This document shows positions 1 through 9,340 of a DNA stretch of 64,000 nt, piece after piece. Numbering within the stretch: the stretch's first letter is position 1; each line of letters opens with the position of its first letter. The translations under genes and the position numbers were made by a program. The DNA comes from a virus, in the IMG/VR virus record IMGVR_UViG_3300044994_000320, positions 23,212 to 87,211 of that record. One strand, given 5' to 3'. A model generated the notes under the pieces. It searched no databases, was not told the origin of the DNA, and saw nothing but the letters and a program-made list of their open reading frames with translations.

Positions 1-50
1 AGCGATAATACGCGCCACCGATAAAAAGATATCAATCGAGAGGCGCCAAA

Positions 51-263
51 ATGAAGCCGTTCAATGTTCTTTGTGCGAATTGTAAAAATACGATTACAGC
101 AATGTCTCATGTCGGGTTTCACCGATGCCAGCTTTGTTTCGCAAAATTAGTAATAACAAGTGAAGAAGATGCGCTTGGAAGATACATATCGAAAAAAGCT
201 CCGATAGACGAAGAAGAGCTAAAAATCGCGCGAAAAATAAACCGCCTGTTAGCTCTGGAATAA
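51..263 (+). CDS. small zinc-ribbon protein
   Basis: Two CxxC pairs (CANC, CQLC); GAGG SD upstream. Confidence 0.55.
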   Translation: MKPFNVLCANCKNTITAMSHVGFHRCQLCFAKLVITSEEDALGRYISKKAPIDEEELKIARKINRLLALE

Positions 264-268
264 AGCCC

Positions 269-571
269 ATGGCCGTAGAGAGAATCAACAACAAAGCGCT
301 GTTAGTTGCTTGCGCGGTATGCCACGCAAGAAACTACCTCGAAGTAGAAAACAGCCGCACGGTATGTCCAGAGTGTATGTCCGGGCTTTACGTCAATTCC
401 GATACGAATAAGCATGCATTCGAGATCGCCCGCGGCACGGCCGCATCAGGCATAACGGTAAGCAAAGGCGAAGAAGACCTCTTTCGCCGCGCCGGCGTTG
501 CTGCCAATCACGGCAAACCGCCACGCGCTCTACGGCCAGAAAAGACCGGTAATCGCCTTCTGGACTTGTGA
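269..571 (+). CDS. small zinc-ribbon protein
   Basis: Two CxxC pairs (CAVC, CPEC); starts just after the previous ORF. Confidence 0.55.
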   Translation: MAVERINNKALLVACAVCHARNYLEVENSRTVCPECMSGLYVNSDTNKHAFEIARGTAASGITVSKGEEDLFRRAGVAANHGKPPRALRPEKTGNRLLDL

Positions 572-918
572 TTCTGGCGCAGAACAAATGCCCCTAAAAT
601 TCGCGCCGTAAAACAGCACAAAGCTCCCTATAAGGAAATACAGGAGAGGTAAATGATCGCCGCTTTCTCTGCCATCTTTTAGGGCCGAATAGCACCATTG
701 TCTTTTTCCAGTAATTTGCGCAAAATTTCGCGCGAGGAAAGAGACTATGTGATATTAGGAGAGAGAAGAATACCTTAAGAGTAGCATAGAAACAAGCAGA
801 AAAGAGTCTATTCTCTGATCATTTTAGCATTGCGATTATGATATAAAAACCTGCCTCGACCCGCCGGGCCTCGAAGCGGGCAAGAAACACGATAATAGCC
901 CGGTAAAAGGAGATCAAA

Positions 919-2169
919 GTGAATAAAAAAGCTGGTAATACGGAACGTCTTTTAGACGCCTTTAAGGATTTGTGGCCGGCAAAGGGCTTGGATGGTTTGC
1001 CTTCTTCTCTCTCAGAAGAGGCTTCTAAAAGTCCAGAAAGCTCTTTTTCGCGCGAAAAAGGCGAGGAAAAGGAGAGTGTTTCAAAGTCCGGTCTGGGGTA
1101 TTGGCGTCTGCCTCGTAAGGGTTCAGGAGAGTTTCACGCTTCTTGTTCTTTGGTTATTTTAGTTCCTCGCCCTCTTTTAGCGGAGATTTTTTCGCGATTT
1201 TCGGACTGGGAATTGGCAGAACTCAGTAGCAGAGTAGAGAAGGAGCTTGAGGACAAGATGGGGCCTTCTTCGACCTGGAAAAATAACCCCGCTAATTGCG
1301 AGGCGGTGGTTTCGTTTCTTTTACAGGACGCTCTTACAGAAAAGACTAAAAGCCAAGTTTTAGCGCAAAAAATACCAGAAGGCTTAGTAAAAGAGCCTAT
1401 GGTGGAGATAGGCTTATCGGTTAGTACGTGGAGAACACTTCTTTTAGGGGCCTCTGTTTTGAAGGTGTTTTACGGCGACCAGTCCTTGCGTTTTGCGCCA
1501 TCAAAGATTTCAGATACAGAAAACCCAGTAGAGCTGCACCCGGCAGATATTCAAGAGCTACTCGCCATGGAAATAGGCGCGGCTCTGGGCAGACTGCAGG
1601 GCCGCAAAAGACCCATAAACATAGAAGACGTTATTAAATGGGCGCACGATGCGGTAGCCCAAATGGAACTACCGTCTCAAGAGGATATAACAATGGGCAG
1701 AGAACCCCGCACCGCACAGAAAGAAGTACAGCAGGTAGAGGCTAAAGTAAATGGCCCGAGAACGCCATCGCTACTCCCCACCCCCACCTACCAAAAGGCA
1801 TTCAGGGCCGCGTCATTTTTAGCGCAAACAGACCAAACGGCGCTAAGATATATAGACCCTGTGCAATGGCTAATGCTCAGAGAATTATTCCAAGAGGTAG
1901 CCCACAGCCTTATTGCGTACACGCAAGACCATAACGTGCAGTACACACTGCTGTACGAACAAGACCCGCCTACGACCATACCAGAAGTATTCGACCCGTC
2001 TCTAAAAGATTCCGCTTCAGCTAAAAGAAATAGCTATATCGAGAATTTTTTAGCGCCGAGTAAAAGCAAAACAAGTGAAGAGCAGGAGAGCATAGAGCAG
2101 ATCGAGAAAAGACTCAGAGAAGGCCAGTCGGGATTTGTTACGCCCACTCAAGATTTGTCCCAAGGATAA
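919..2169 (+). CDS. hypothetical protein (positional candidate for small terminase)
   Basis: 416-aa ORF, GTG start with strong AAGGAG SD; no recognisable motif; nearest ORF upstream of terL. Confidence 0.6.
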   Translation: MNKKAGNTERLLDAFKDLWPAKGLDGLPSSLSEEASKSPESSFSREKGEEKESVSKSGLGYWRLPRKGSGEFHASCSLVILVPRPLLAEIFSRFSDWELAELSSRVEKELEDKMGPSSTWKNNPANCEAVVSFLLQDALTEKTKSQVLAQKIPEGLVKEPMVEIGLSVSTWRTLLLGASVLKVFYGDQSLRFAPSKISDTENPVELHPADIQELLAMEIGAALGRLQGRKRPINIEDVIKWAHDAVAQMELPSQEDITMGREPRTAQKEVQQVEAKVNGPRTPSLLPTPTYQKAFRAASFLAQTDQTALRYIDPVQWLMLRELFQEVAHSLIAYTQDHNVQYTLLYEQDPPTTIPEVFDPSLKDSASAKRNSYIENFLAPSKSKTSEEQESIEQIEKRLREGQSGFVTPTQDLSQG

Positions 2170-2751
2170 AATTCGGCCACGGGGCCAGCGGGCCTACCTA
2201 CATCGTAACGGCAGAATAATTTCAAAGTCCCGATATTTTCGGCCAAGCCTACCGCATAAAAAAGTCCACCGCTTTTAGCCCGCTACTACGGCCCGACCAG
2301 CCCGCCCGCCGAAACACCGCCAACATAAATTTAAGAAAAACCGCGCAAAGATTTAGCCGGCTTACAGATAGATAAAAGTAGAAAGTAGTAAGATGGGATC
2401 AGCGTCTTCCAGAGATAGCGAAAAGGAATTCAGATAGAAGGTAGATTAAGATTAAACCCGTCTTAGCCCTATATTTACGGTTGTCCAAAGAAAGCCCCCC
2501 ACCAGCCCGTTTTTAAGGTTTCACGTATAAATAGGCTAAGAGCGGCTCAGAAACCCCATGATTTGAAGACGGCTGCACAACCCCGCGTTTAAGGGTGTAC
2601 CACAGCTAATACACGCCGTGCTCCGCCGTCGCCCGCTATCACCAACAATAGAATGTAAATTCGCTTGAAATTCTGACCAGATAGCTAAAAGAAGCGTAAC
2701 AAACCCTTTGGAATTTAGCCGGGTAGCCGTACCATACTATCCGGCATTTTT

Positions 2752-4629
2752 ATGGTAGAGAATAGGCCAAAGACATTCAATCTTTCTGAAATGAAGCCTT
2801 CGGTGCGTAAAAAACAATACGCGCCAGATGAGAAATTTTTACCTGAAAATGTAGAGAACAGCCTAAACTCCGATAGGGATGTCTCCGGCCCTGCCCTCTC
2901 CCCACTCGCCGATCAAAGCTCATTACAGAAGCAAGAAGCGCGGCTTCAAAATTTTCAGAAAGCTTTTGAGCGCCGTGAAAGAGCTTTCGATAAGAGGATA
3001 AGAAACGAGAAATGGGGAAATTTTAGCATTTCCGAAGTCGTACAAAAAGCCTTCGATTTAGGTAAAATCCTCACAGGACGTGTGCCTTACCCGTATCAAG
3101 AAACTCCGATCAAAAGGCTATTCCTATCTGTTTTGCTCAATGATGGAGAAGAGCTTGTGTTTGAATTTAGTCGGCAATCCGGCAAAACAGATGCTGTGGC
3201 CTTTGCCATCTGCACGATTTGTACGATATTTCCAGCTCTCGCCGAATTTTTTCCACAGATAGACCATCTAAAGAATGGAGTAAGGTTTGGTGTTTATGCA
3301 GGCACGCATACACAAGCCGAAAACCTGAAAGAGCGCGTTCATTTTTTTATGAACAGCGATCAAGCGAAAGAAGTTTTAAGTGACCCCGATCTTGAAATCG
3401 AAGTTGAAGATAACGCCTGGTCTAACGGCTCCTCGGTGTTTTATTCCTCTGCCGCAGCGCAAACAAAGATCGAAGCTAAAACTTTTGACATAGTTATCTG
3501 CGAAGAGTGCCAAGACATCCCAGACATAAAGATTACAAAGTCAATTCACCCGATGCTCGCCGCCCGTAACGGGACTCTGGTGAAGATCGGCACTCCGATC
3601 CCAACAATTTGCGAACTTTACAAAGCCGTTACGCGTCAACGGCGAATGGACCTTACAAGGAATAAAAACCGTCAGTGCTGTTTTATCGTCGATTACAAAG
3701 AGGCGCAAAAATACAACGTCAAGTACCGTAAGTACATTCAACACGAGAAAGAGCGTATCGGAGAAGATAGCGATGCGTTCCGTATGTCGTATGGTCTTGA
3801 GTGGATTCTCGACAAAGGGATGGTCATTACTCACGACGAGTTTGAGCGCAAACTTGAAATGTCCAACCTGCATCTCGGCAATACGCAATTTGATGGAATA
3901 GTCGTCGGCGGTCTCGACCTCGCTAAAGAAGTAAACTCTACTGTTTTTACCGCTATCGGCTTGCGGCCCGTCATTATGTACAGGGACGGTTTCAAAGAAA
4001 CGGTCTTTGAACACCAGATCCTCGATTGGATGGAAATGCAACAAAAAGACTGGGATGAGCAGCTTCATCATATTAAGAATTTTGCGCGGAAATTTCGCAA
4101 TATGCAATGCCTCGCATTCGATCAAACCGGGCTAGGCAACGTCGTGTTCGACTTACTCAAGAAGCATTTTAGAGAAGCTGGGGTAAAGCCAATCGGGGTA
4201 AACTTCACAGGAAAAAAGGGTGAAATGGCTGAAGCATTCGATCAGCTTATCGCCGATAACTTGCTAAAAGTCCCTGCGTCGTCTCAATCAAAAAAGACCC
4301 GCAGATGGCAAAAGTTCTATTACCAGCTTATTGAGTGCGAGCGAGTGTTCAAAAACGGCGAAATCCGGTTTCAGAAACCCAAAGAAGCCGGGGCAATGGA
4401 CGATTACGTAGATTCTCTGCTACTCGCCATTTATGCCGCTAGAACAAAACTAAGGTCTCCGGTTGTTCACCAGCACGTTAATGTCTTTAAGAACAGTTTT
4501 AGGGAAGTTCGCGATAACAAGATAGTCGGTTTCGACAATGTGCGGCGTATCGGCCGGCAAAAACTCGCGATAGCCATGGCAAGATCAATGAGCGAAAACC
4601 GCTTAGCCGCCCTTTCCGAATCCGACTAA
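2752..4629 (+). CDS. terL: terminase large subunit
   Basis: Walker A SRQSGKT, Walker B IVICEE, coupling motif GTP, RNase H-like nuclease motifs GGLDLA and DDYVDS; precedes portal. Confidence 0.93.
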   Translation: MVENRPKTFNLSEMKPSVRKKQYAPDEKFLPENVENSLNSDRDVSGPALSPLADQSSLQKQEARLQNFQKAFERRERAFDKRIRNEKWGNFSISEVVQKAFDLGKILTGRVPYPYQETPIKRLFLSVLLNDGEELVFEFSRQSGKTDAVAFAICTICTIFPALAEFFPQIDHLKNGVRFGVYAGTHTQAENLKERVHFFMNSDQAKEVLSDPDLEIEVEDNAWSNGSSVFYSSAAAQTKIEAKTFDIVICEECQDIPDIKITKSIHPMLAARNGTLVKIGTPIPTICELYKAVTRQRRMDLTRNKNRQCCFIVDYKEAQKYNVKYRKYIQHEKERIGEDSDAFRMSYGLEWILDKGMVITHDEFERKLEMSNLHLGNTQFDGIVVGGLDLAKEVNSTVFTAIGLRPVIMYRDGFKETVFEHQILDWMEMQQKDWDEQLHHIKNFARKFRNMQCLAFDQTGLGNVVFDLLKKHFREAGVKPIGVNFTGKKGEMAEAFDQLIADNLLKVPASSQSKKTRRWQKFYYQLIECERVFKNGEIRFQKPKEAGAMDDYVDSLLLAIYAARTKLRSPVVHQHVNVFKNSFREVRDNKIVGFDNVRRIGRQKLAIAMARSMSENRLAALSESD

Positions 4630-4713
4630 AAGTTTGCGTCAAATCGAGAAATTCGCTTAAATGACTCATTTAAGGCAGGTATAGTGTCCTTATTTTCAGA
4701 TCTGTCAAAAATA

Positions 4714-4800
4714 GGTATAAAGAATTTTTATACCACCTATAAAAAATTTTTCGACCCCTATTAAAATTCTTTATACCACCTATAAAAAATTTTACCCCTA
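4714..4800. repeat. AT-rich direct and inverted repeat cluster between terL and portal
   Basis: Perfect 24-bp direct repeat TTTATACCACCTATAAAAAATTTT at 4727-4750 and 4770-4793; perfect 15-bp inverted repeat GGTATAAAGAATTTT (4714-4728) / AAAATTCTTTATACC (4763-4777). Confidence 0.85.
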
Positions 4801-4931
4801 AATACATAAACAAAATAAAGAAATAGAAAAAGAGAAAAGAACTTGCGCTTTCGCGCGCCGGAGGCAAATGACCTAAAACGATTGACCGCCTAAAAACAGC
4901 ATTTTAGAGCGCTTTAGTTTCCCGCAAAAAT

Positions 4932-6554
4932 ATGAGTTTTATCGCCTCAGTCGTTTCTTATGGTTCCAAAGTCCTTAGAACTGTTTTTCGCGTTTCGACA
5001 CATGAAGAACTATTGCGGGAAGAGCAGGCAAGACTTAACCGCTATCAGGAAAACTGGGACTGGTACAACGGCTTTCACTGGAAACATTCTCGTGAATCCG
5101 GTGATATGCCTTACGTAAACTGGGCGAAGCGTGTTGTTAATCGTTTGACTTACGCACTTGTAGGCATCCCACCAAAGCTCCGCGTAGATGAAACGCACAA
5201 AGACATGCTGAAATACCACCAAGACACTGTAAGGGCTTCCGGAAAATCCATCTTTTTAGATGCGGTTCAAATGGGCTCAGTTACAGGCGACCTGTACTTA
5301 AAAGCAGAGTATGACGCTACTAGGCCAATAGATGACCAAGTTTATTTTCGTGTTTTGGAAAGTGGCAAGTGCTTCCCTATTTATCGTCGCGGTGAGCTTA
5401 TCGCATTTCGTCACTACTACGCTGAAACCTCTGATCAGGGTGAGATTACGCTCCTGTATGAGCATTGGACAAAAACAGAGTGGTACATCGCAAGGGTTAA
5501 AGACGATGAAATTGTCAGCAACAATGGTAAAAAGACCCCCCATTCTTGGGGCTTTGTTCCATTTGTCCATGTCGCAAATAATAAGTCCGGCAATCTGGTT
5601 TTCGGTATTTCTGACATCGAAGATTTGCGCGAAGTAAATCGCGAATTCAACAAAAATTTGGTTCGTTATCGTGATGCGGCAGAGTATGACGGAGACCCCC
5701 AGCTTGCTTTTTTTGGTTTTGATGCAGAAGAAATCGAGCGCGGTGCAGATCAAGCATGGGGTGGTTTACCGATAGAGGGTCGAATAGAGGTAATAGGCGC
5801 TTCTAGTGATTACCCTGCTTTGCAAAAGCTTATGGAGATCCTAAAAGAGGCCATCCATATAAATGCCTCTATGCCAAAAGGCGCGCTTGGAGATGAAACC
5901 GATCCATACTCTTCTTCTGCTGCGTTGCAAACCAAGCTTTTACCTATAGAAGAAAACCTCGTCCGTAAACGCGCAGCTTATTCAGAGGGTTTCGAGAAAA
6001 TTTTAGCTATTTGTCTTCAAATTCGTAATGCTGTACAAAACCTCGGTCTTGAAAAGAGGAAGTTTACTGCCACGAGAATGAAACCGCTCGAAAAAGCGGA
6101 AGTTTTTGATCCAGAAGGAGAAGTCAAGATCGAAACAGAAGAGGTTGTGAGCACTCGCCCTTATTATGAAGTCTATGTAAAATTCCAAGACAGTCTGCCA
6201 AAAAATCGTGCAGAAATGCTTGTATCTATAGGTCAAGAAATGCAGCTCGAACTAGAAACCCGGCGTGGCGCACTCGAACGTTTGGGTGAAGAAAATATCG
6301 ATCAGAAAATGCTCGATCTCGCACAAGATTTTCAAGAGCGCCTTGATAGAAAAATACGAGAAGCAGAGGCCCTCGGTGAAGTCTCTACAGAATATCAAGG
6401 TGACACGAGTACTGATGGCGAAACCAATGACACAGGCAACGAAGCGCGTAAAATCGGTCAAGGTGCCGACACTAGAATGGGCCAAAGACGTATAGGCTCG
6501 AAAAGAAATAAAAACGGCGGATTCAAAAACGATCGCGGAGAAAAGACTCAATGA
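4932..6554 (+). CDS. portal protein (SPP1 gp6-like)
   Basis: 540 aa after terL; SPP1-portal-like segments WDWYNG, NWAKRVVN, WGFVPFVHVAN...GISDIEDL, SSAAL. Confidence 0.9.
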   Translation: MSFIASVVSYGSKVLRTVFRVSTHEELLREEQARLNRYQENWDWYNGFHWKHSRESGDMPYVNWAKRVVNRLTYALVGIPPKLRVDETHKDMLKYHQDTVRASGKSIFLDAVQMGSVTGDLYLKAEYDATRPIDDQVYFRVLESGKCFPIYRRGELIAFRHYYAETSDQGEITLLYEHWTKTEWYIARVKDDEIVSNNGKKTPHSWGFVPFVHVANNKSGNLVFGISDIEDLREVNREFNKNLVRYRDAAEYDGDPQLAFFGFDAEEIERGADQAWGGLPIEGRIEVIGASSDYPALQKLMEILKEAIHINASMPKGALGDETDPYSSSAALQTKLLPIEENLVRKRAAYSEGFEKILAICLQIRNAVQNLGLEKRKFTATRMKPLEKAEVFDPEGEVKIETEEVVSTRPYYEVYVKFQDSLPKNRAEMLVSIGQEMQLELETRRGALERLGEENIDQKMLDLAQDFQERLDRKIREAEALGEVSTEYQGDTSTDGETNDTGNEARKIGQGADTRMGQRRIGSKRNKNGGFKNDRGEKTQ

Positions 6555-6874
6555 ATACCCCTTACTTCGACCCCTCTATCCCTATAGAGCGCCGTGAAGA
6601 ACTCACAGCTCTTCTAGAAAAAATTCGTGATTCCCTCGTCTGCACTGCAGTTATTCCAGAAGAAGAAAGAAACTTGCGCATTCGTCGTGCTCGATTTTAC
6701 ATCGAAATGGAAGATGAAAACAAGGTCCCTATTCATTTTTCTACGGATGACTTTAACGTCCTTTTATTTTTAGAAGGAACCCCCGAATCTCAGCAGCATC
6801 AAGCATGGCTTGAACGCGAATTAGATGAGGAAATAAAATTTCAACAAGGAGATTACGATGCCAGAACCAATTGA
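6551..6874 (+). CDS. hypothetical head-module protein
   Basis: Overlaps portal stop (ATGA); acidic 107 aa. Confidence 0.6.
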   Translation: MNTPYFDPSIPIERREELTALLEKIRDSLVCTAVIPEEERNLRIRRARFYIEMEDENKVPIHFSTDDFNVLLFLEGTPESQQHQAWLERELDEEIKFQQGDYDARTN

Positions 6875-7583
6875 AGGAAATCAGGCCAAAGACGCTCCTG
6901 CAGAAACCACCACGACACCTAAAACAGACACAAAAAAGATGTACACGCAGGATGAACTCGATGAGATCGTAAAAGCCGCTGTGTCAAAGGCGGTGAATAC
7001 CGAAAAAGACAAGCTTTACGAAACTATCGAAAAGCTTAAAAGCGACATTGAAAAGAACAACAAGTTCTTTCAACAGATTGAAGAAGAGAAGAAAAAAGCG
7101 ATAGCAGACGCTGAAAATCAAAAGCGTGAAAAGATGAGTGAAACACAGAAACTCTCTTTGCAGATTGAGGAGTTACAGAAGCAAATTGCCGAAATGGCCG
7201 AAAATCACAGAAGTGAGCTTGACGCCATTCGTAAGCGAGCCGACCAAAAAGCTCTTGACGACCATAAGGAAAAATTGCTTCTGAAGTACCAAGATGAGAT
7301 TGTTCCAGGTCTTGTGTCTGGTAACTCTATCGAAGAACTCAACGCTTCGGTTGAAGTTGCCCGTCGCGAATACCAGAACATTCTCGCTAAGGCTGAAAAG
7401 AAAAAACAAAATGACACACAAGTACAAGCTCAGAATACCGCTCCGATACCTCTTGAAACAAAAGAACCTCTTTCACCACAGCCCAGCGCTTCCAACGTGA
7501 ATCCACGATCTGCCCGGAGTCTTCAAGACCTCCGGACTATCGAAGAAGAAATCGTTGGTAGCTTTGTAAAAAACCTAAAGTAA
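6858..7583 (+). CDS. capsid scaffolding protein
   Basis: Coiled-coil, charged; YTQDELDEIV motif typical of scaffolds; immediately before MCP. Confidence 0.85.
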   Translation: MPEPIEGNQAKDAPAETTTTPKTDTKKMYTQDELDEIVKAAVSKAVNTEKDKLYETIEKLKSDIEKNNKFFQQIEEEKKKAIADAENQKREKMSETQKLSLQIEELQKQIAEMAENHRSELDAIRKRADQKALDDHKEKLLLKYQDEIVPGLVSGNSIEELNASVEVARREYQNILAKAEKKKQNDTQVQAQNTAPIPLETKEPLSPQPSASNVNPRSARSLQDLRTIEEEIVGSFVKNLK

Positions 7584-7595
7584 AAGGAGTAAAGG

Positions 7596-8504
7596 ATGGC
7601 AGCAACCTTAATAGCTGATATACCAGACGCAGTTTTGCAGGTATATTCGCGAAAAGCGATTTTGAAGGCCATGCCACGTCTCGTTTTTGCTAACTTCGCT
7701 ACGCGCGAAGATCAGCTTGGCGAAGAAAGTGGTGAAAGGCTTAACTTTCTCAAGTACGATAACTTGACGAAAGGCGGTAAATTGGGGAACGAGACAACCC
7801 CAATCCCAAAAAGAAAATTGTCTGAAAGTCAGGTAAATATCACCGTTGACGAATACGGCAATGCAGTTCAAGTCTCACGTCGTGCTCTTCGCGCGTCTTT
7901 CCGTCGAATCATGGACGATATCGCAACCCTTCTGGGCCGCGACTACGCTTTGGTTTTAGACGAAATGATTCGCGATGCGTACCTCACTACGGCAAACAAG
8001 TTTTATGGTATTAAGTCAAATACTGCTACGAACCAGATTACTTCTGCCCACAAGCTGACGACTGCCAGTATCAAGGACGTGATCGAGCGCATGAAAACTT
8101 CGAACATTCCGCCAATGATCCGTGGCGGTGACCAGCATTTTGTTGGTATATTCCACCCAACGCAGCTTCGTTCGCTTCGAGACGACGCCGCATGGCTGTC
8201 TCCACACCAGTATGTAGATACCGCAGAGATTTACAATGGTGAAGTCGGTAAGTACGAAGGTGTTGTTTTCATCGAAACCACTCAAATCCCGGCCCTTGCA
8301 GGTGCAGGTTCGGGAGGTATCGACGTTTATCGCGGTCTTGTTTTCGGCGAAGACGCCGTAGGTTTTTCAGAACCCGTTCCATTCGAGCTCGTTGATGACG
8401 GTATCGAGGATTTTAAGCGCCTGCAGTCAATCGGTTGGTATTCAATCATGGGTGCCGGCATCATCAACGACCACGTTTTTGAACTGCAAACTGCAGGTTC
8501 GTAA
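7596..8504 (+). CDS. major capsid protein (N4-gp56-like, HK97 fold)
   Basis: Motifs VTVDEYGNAV, HPTQLRSLRDD, YNGEVGKYEGVVFIET, DFKRLQSIGWY; strong SD. Confidence 0.9.
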   Translation: MAATLIADIPDAVLQVYSRKAILKAMPRLVFANFATREDQLGEESGERLNFLKYDNLTKGGKLGNETTPIPKRKLSESQVNITVDEYGNAVQVSRRALRASFRRIMDDIATLLGRDYALVLDEMIRDAYLTTANKFYGIKSNTATNQITSAHKLTTASIKDVIERMKTSNIPPMIRGGDQHFVGIFHPTQLRSLRDDAAWLSPHQYVDTAEIYNGEVGKYEGVVFIETTQIPALAGAGSGGIDVYRGLVFGEDAVGFSEPVPFELVDDGIEDFKRLQSIGWYSIMGAGIINDHVFELQTAGS

Positions 8505-8518
8505 AAGGAAGGTAACAG

Positions 8519-8806
8519 ATGGCAACAGGTAATGACAAGTTTCCGGGATCAAAGGTACCGTACCATTTCACTGCGTTCGACACAGCGCTCGCCGCTGCTG
8601 GAACGATTGCAGTTACGCATGCCGCAGATCCAAACAAAGTGCGAAAAGTTACTGTTATTGATCAGGCAACTGGCAATATCGTCCCTTTTAGCACTCCAGC
8701 CGGTAACACCGCTCAATGCACATTTACCAGCAATACCGTAACCACAATCACGAATCGTACCGGCGGAACAGTAAACTGGCTCGTCGTAGTTACGGTTAAC
8801 CCGTAA
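8519..8806 (+). CDS. putative capsid decoration protein
   Basis: Small beta-rich Thr/Ala/Val protein directly after MCP. Confidence 0.5.
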   Translation: MATGNDKFPGSKVPYHFTAFDTALAAAGTIAVTHAADPNKVRKVTVIDQATGNIVPFSTPAGNTAQCTFTSNTVTTITNRTGGTVNWLVVVTVNP

Positions 8807-8815
8807 GGAGATTTT

Positions 8816-9292
8816 ATGGCAGCAGAAGAATTTCAAGAAGGTGACGAACCGGTTGATACCAGCTTTGATACACCCGATGAAGGCCAAGTGCTAGAATCAG
8901 AGTCAGATTCGGTTTCATCCGAGCCCCCTTCCCCTAAAAACGCTATCCAGGGTATGCGACCACTATCAAATGTTGGTCGCGGCCGTGCACAGGCAAAAGC
9001 AGAGACAGCCGGATTGAGCATCCCTATAGATGACGGCGAAATTATCGACGAAGAAGAAACGCGCGTCGATCCAGCGGAAGCAGCCGCCTCCGTTTTTGGC
9101 GAGCCGCGCAAAAAAGCTCACTTCGTTGTGGAATCCGATAGCGATTCTGAAAAATTCGTCGTTTGGGTAGATACCAACATTCGTTGCTGGATCGGCCCAA
9201 AACATCTAGAATTTAAGAAAGACCAGAAGTACCGTGTTTCTAAAAATGTGAAAGACGTGCTTCTCGCACGCGGCGCCCTAAAAGCCGTGTAA
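8816..9292 (+). CDS. hypothetical virion-associated protein
   Basis: Acidic disordered N-terminus, compact C-terminal domain; strong SD. Confidence 0.65.
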   Translation: MAAEEFQEGDEPVDTSFDTPDEGQVLESESDSVSSEPPSPKNAIQGMRPLSNVGRGRAQAKAETAGLSIPIDDGEIIDEEETRVDPAEAAASVFGEPRKKAHFVVESDSDSEKFVVWVDTNIRCWIGPKHLEFKKDQKYRVSKNVKDVLLARGALKAV

Positions 9293-9298
9293 ACCAGA

Positions 9299-9330
9299 AG
9301 GCGTCGAAGTAGCACTTCGACGCCTATTTA
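9299..9330 (+). terminator. intrinsic terminator-like hairpin closing the capsid operon
   Basis: 12-bp perfect stem AGGCGTCGAAGT/ACTTCGACGCCT, loop AGC, short ATTTA tail. Confidence 0.65.
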
Positions 9331-9340
9331 GAGGTACTAA

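Noticed and set aside
4727-4793. Mini CRISPR array
   Set aside because: Only two AT-rich 24-bp repeats with a 19-bp spacer; no adjacent cas genes
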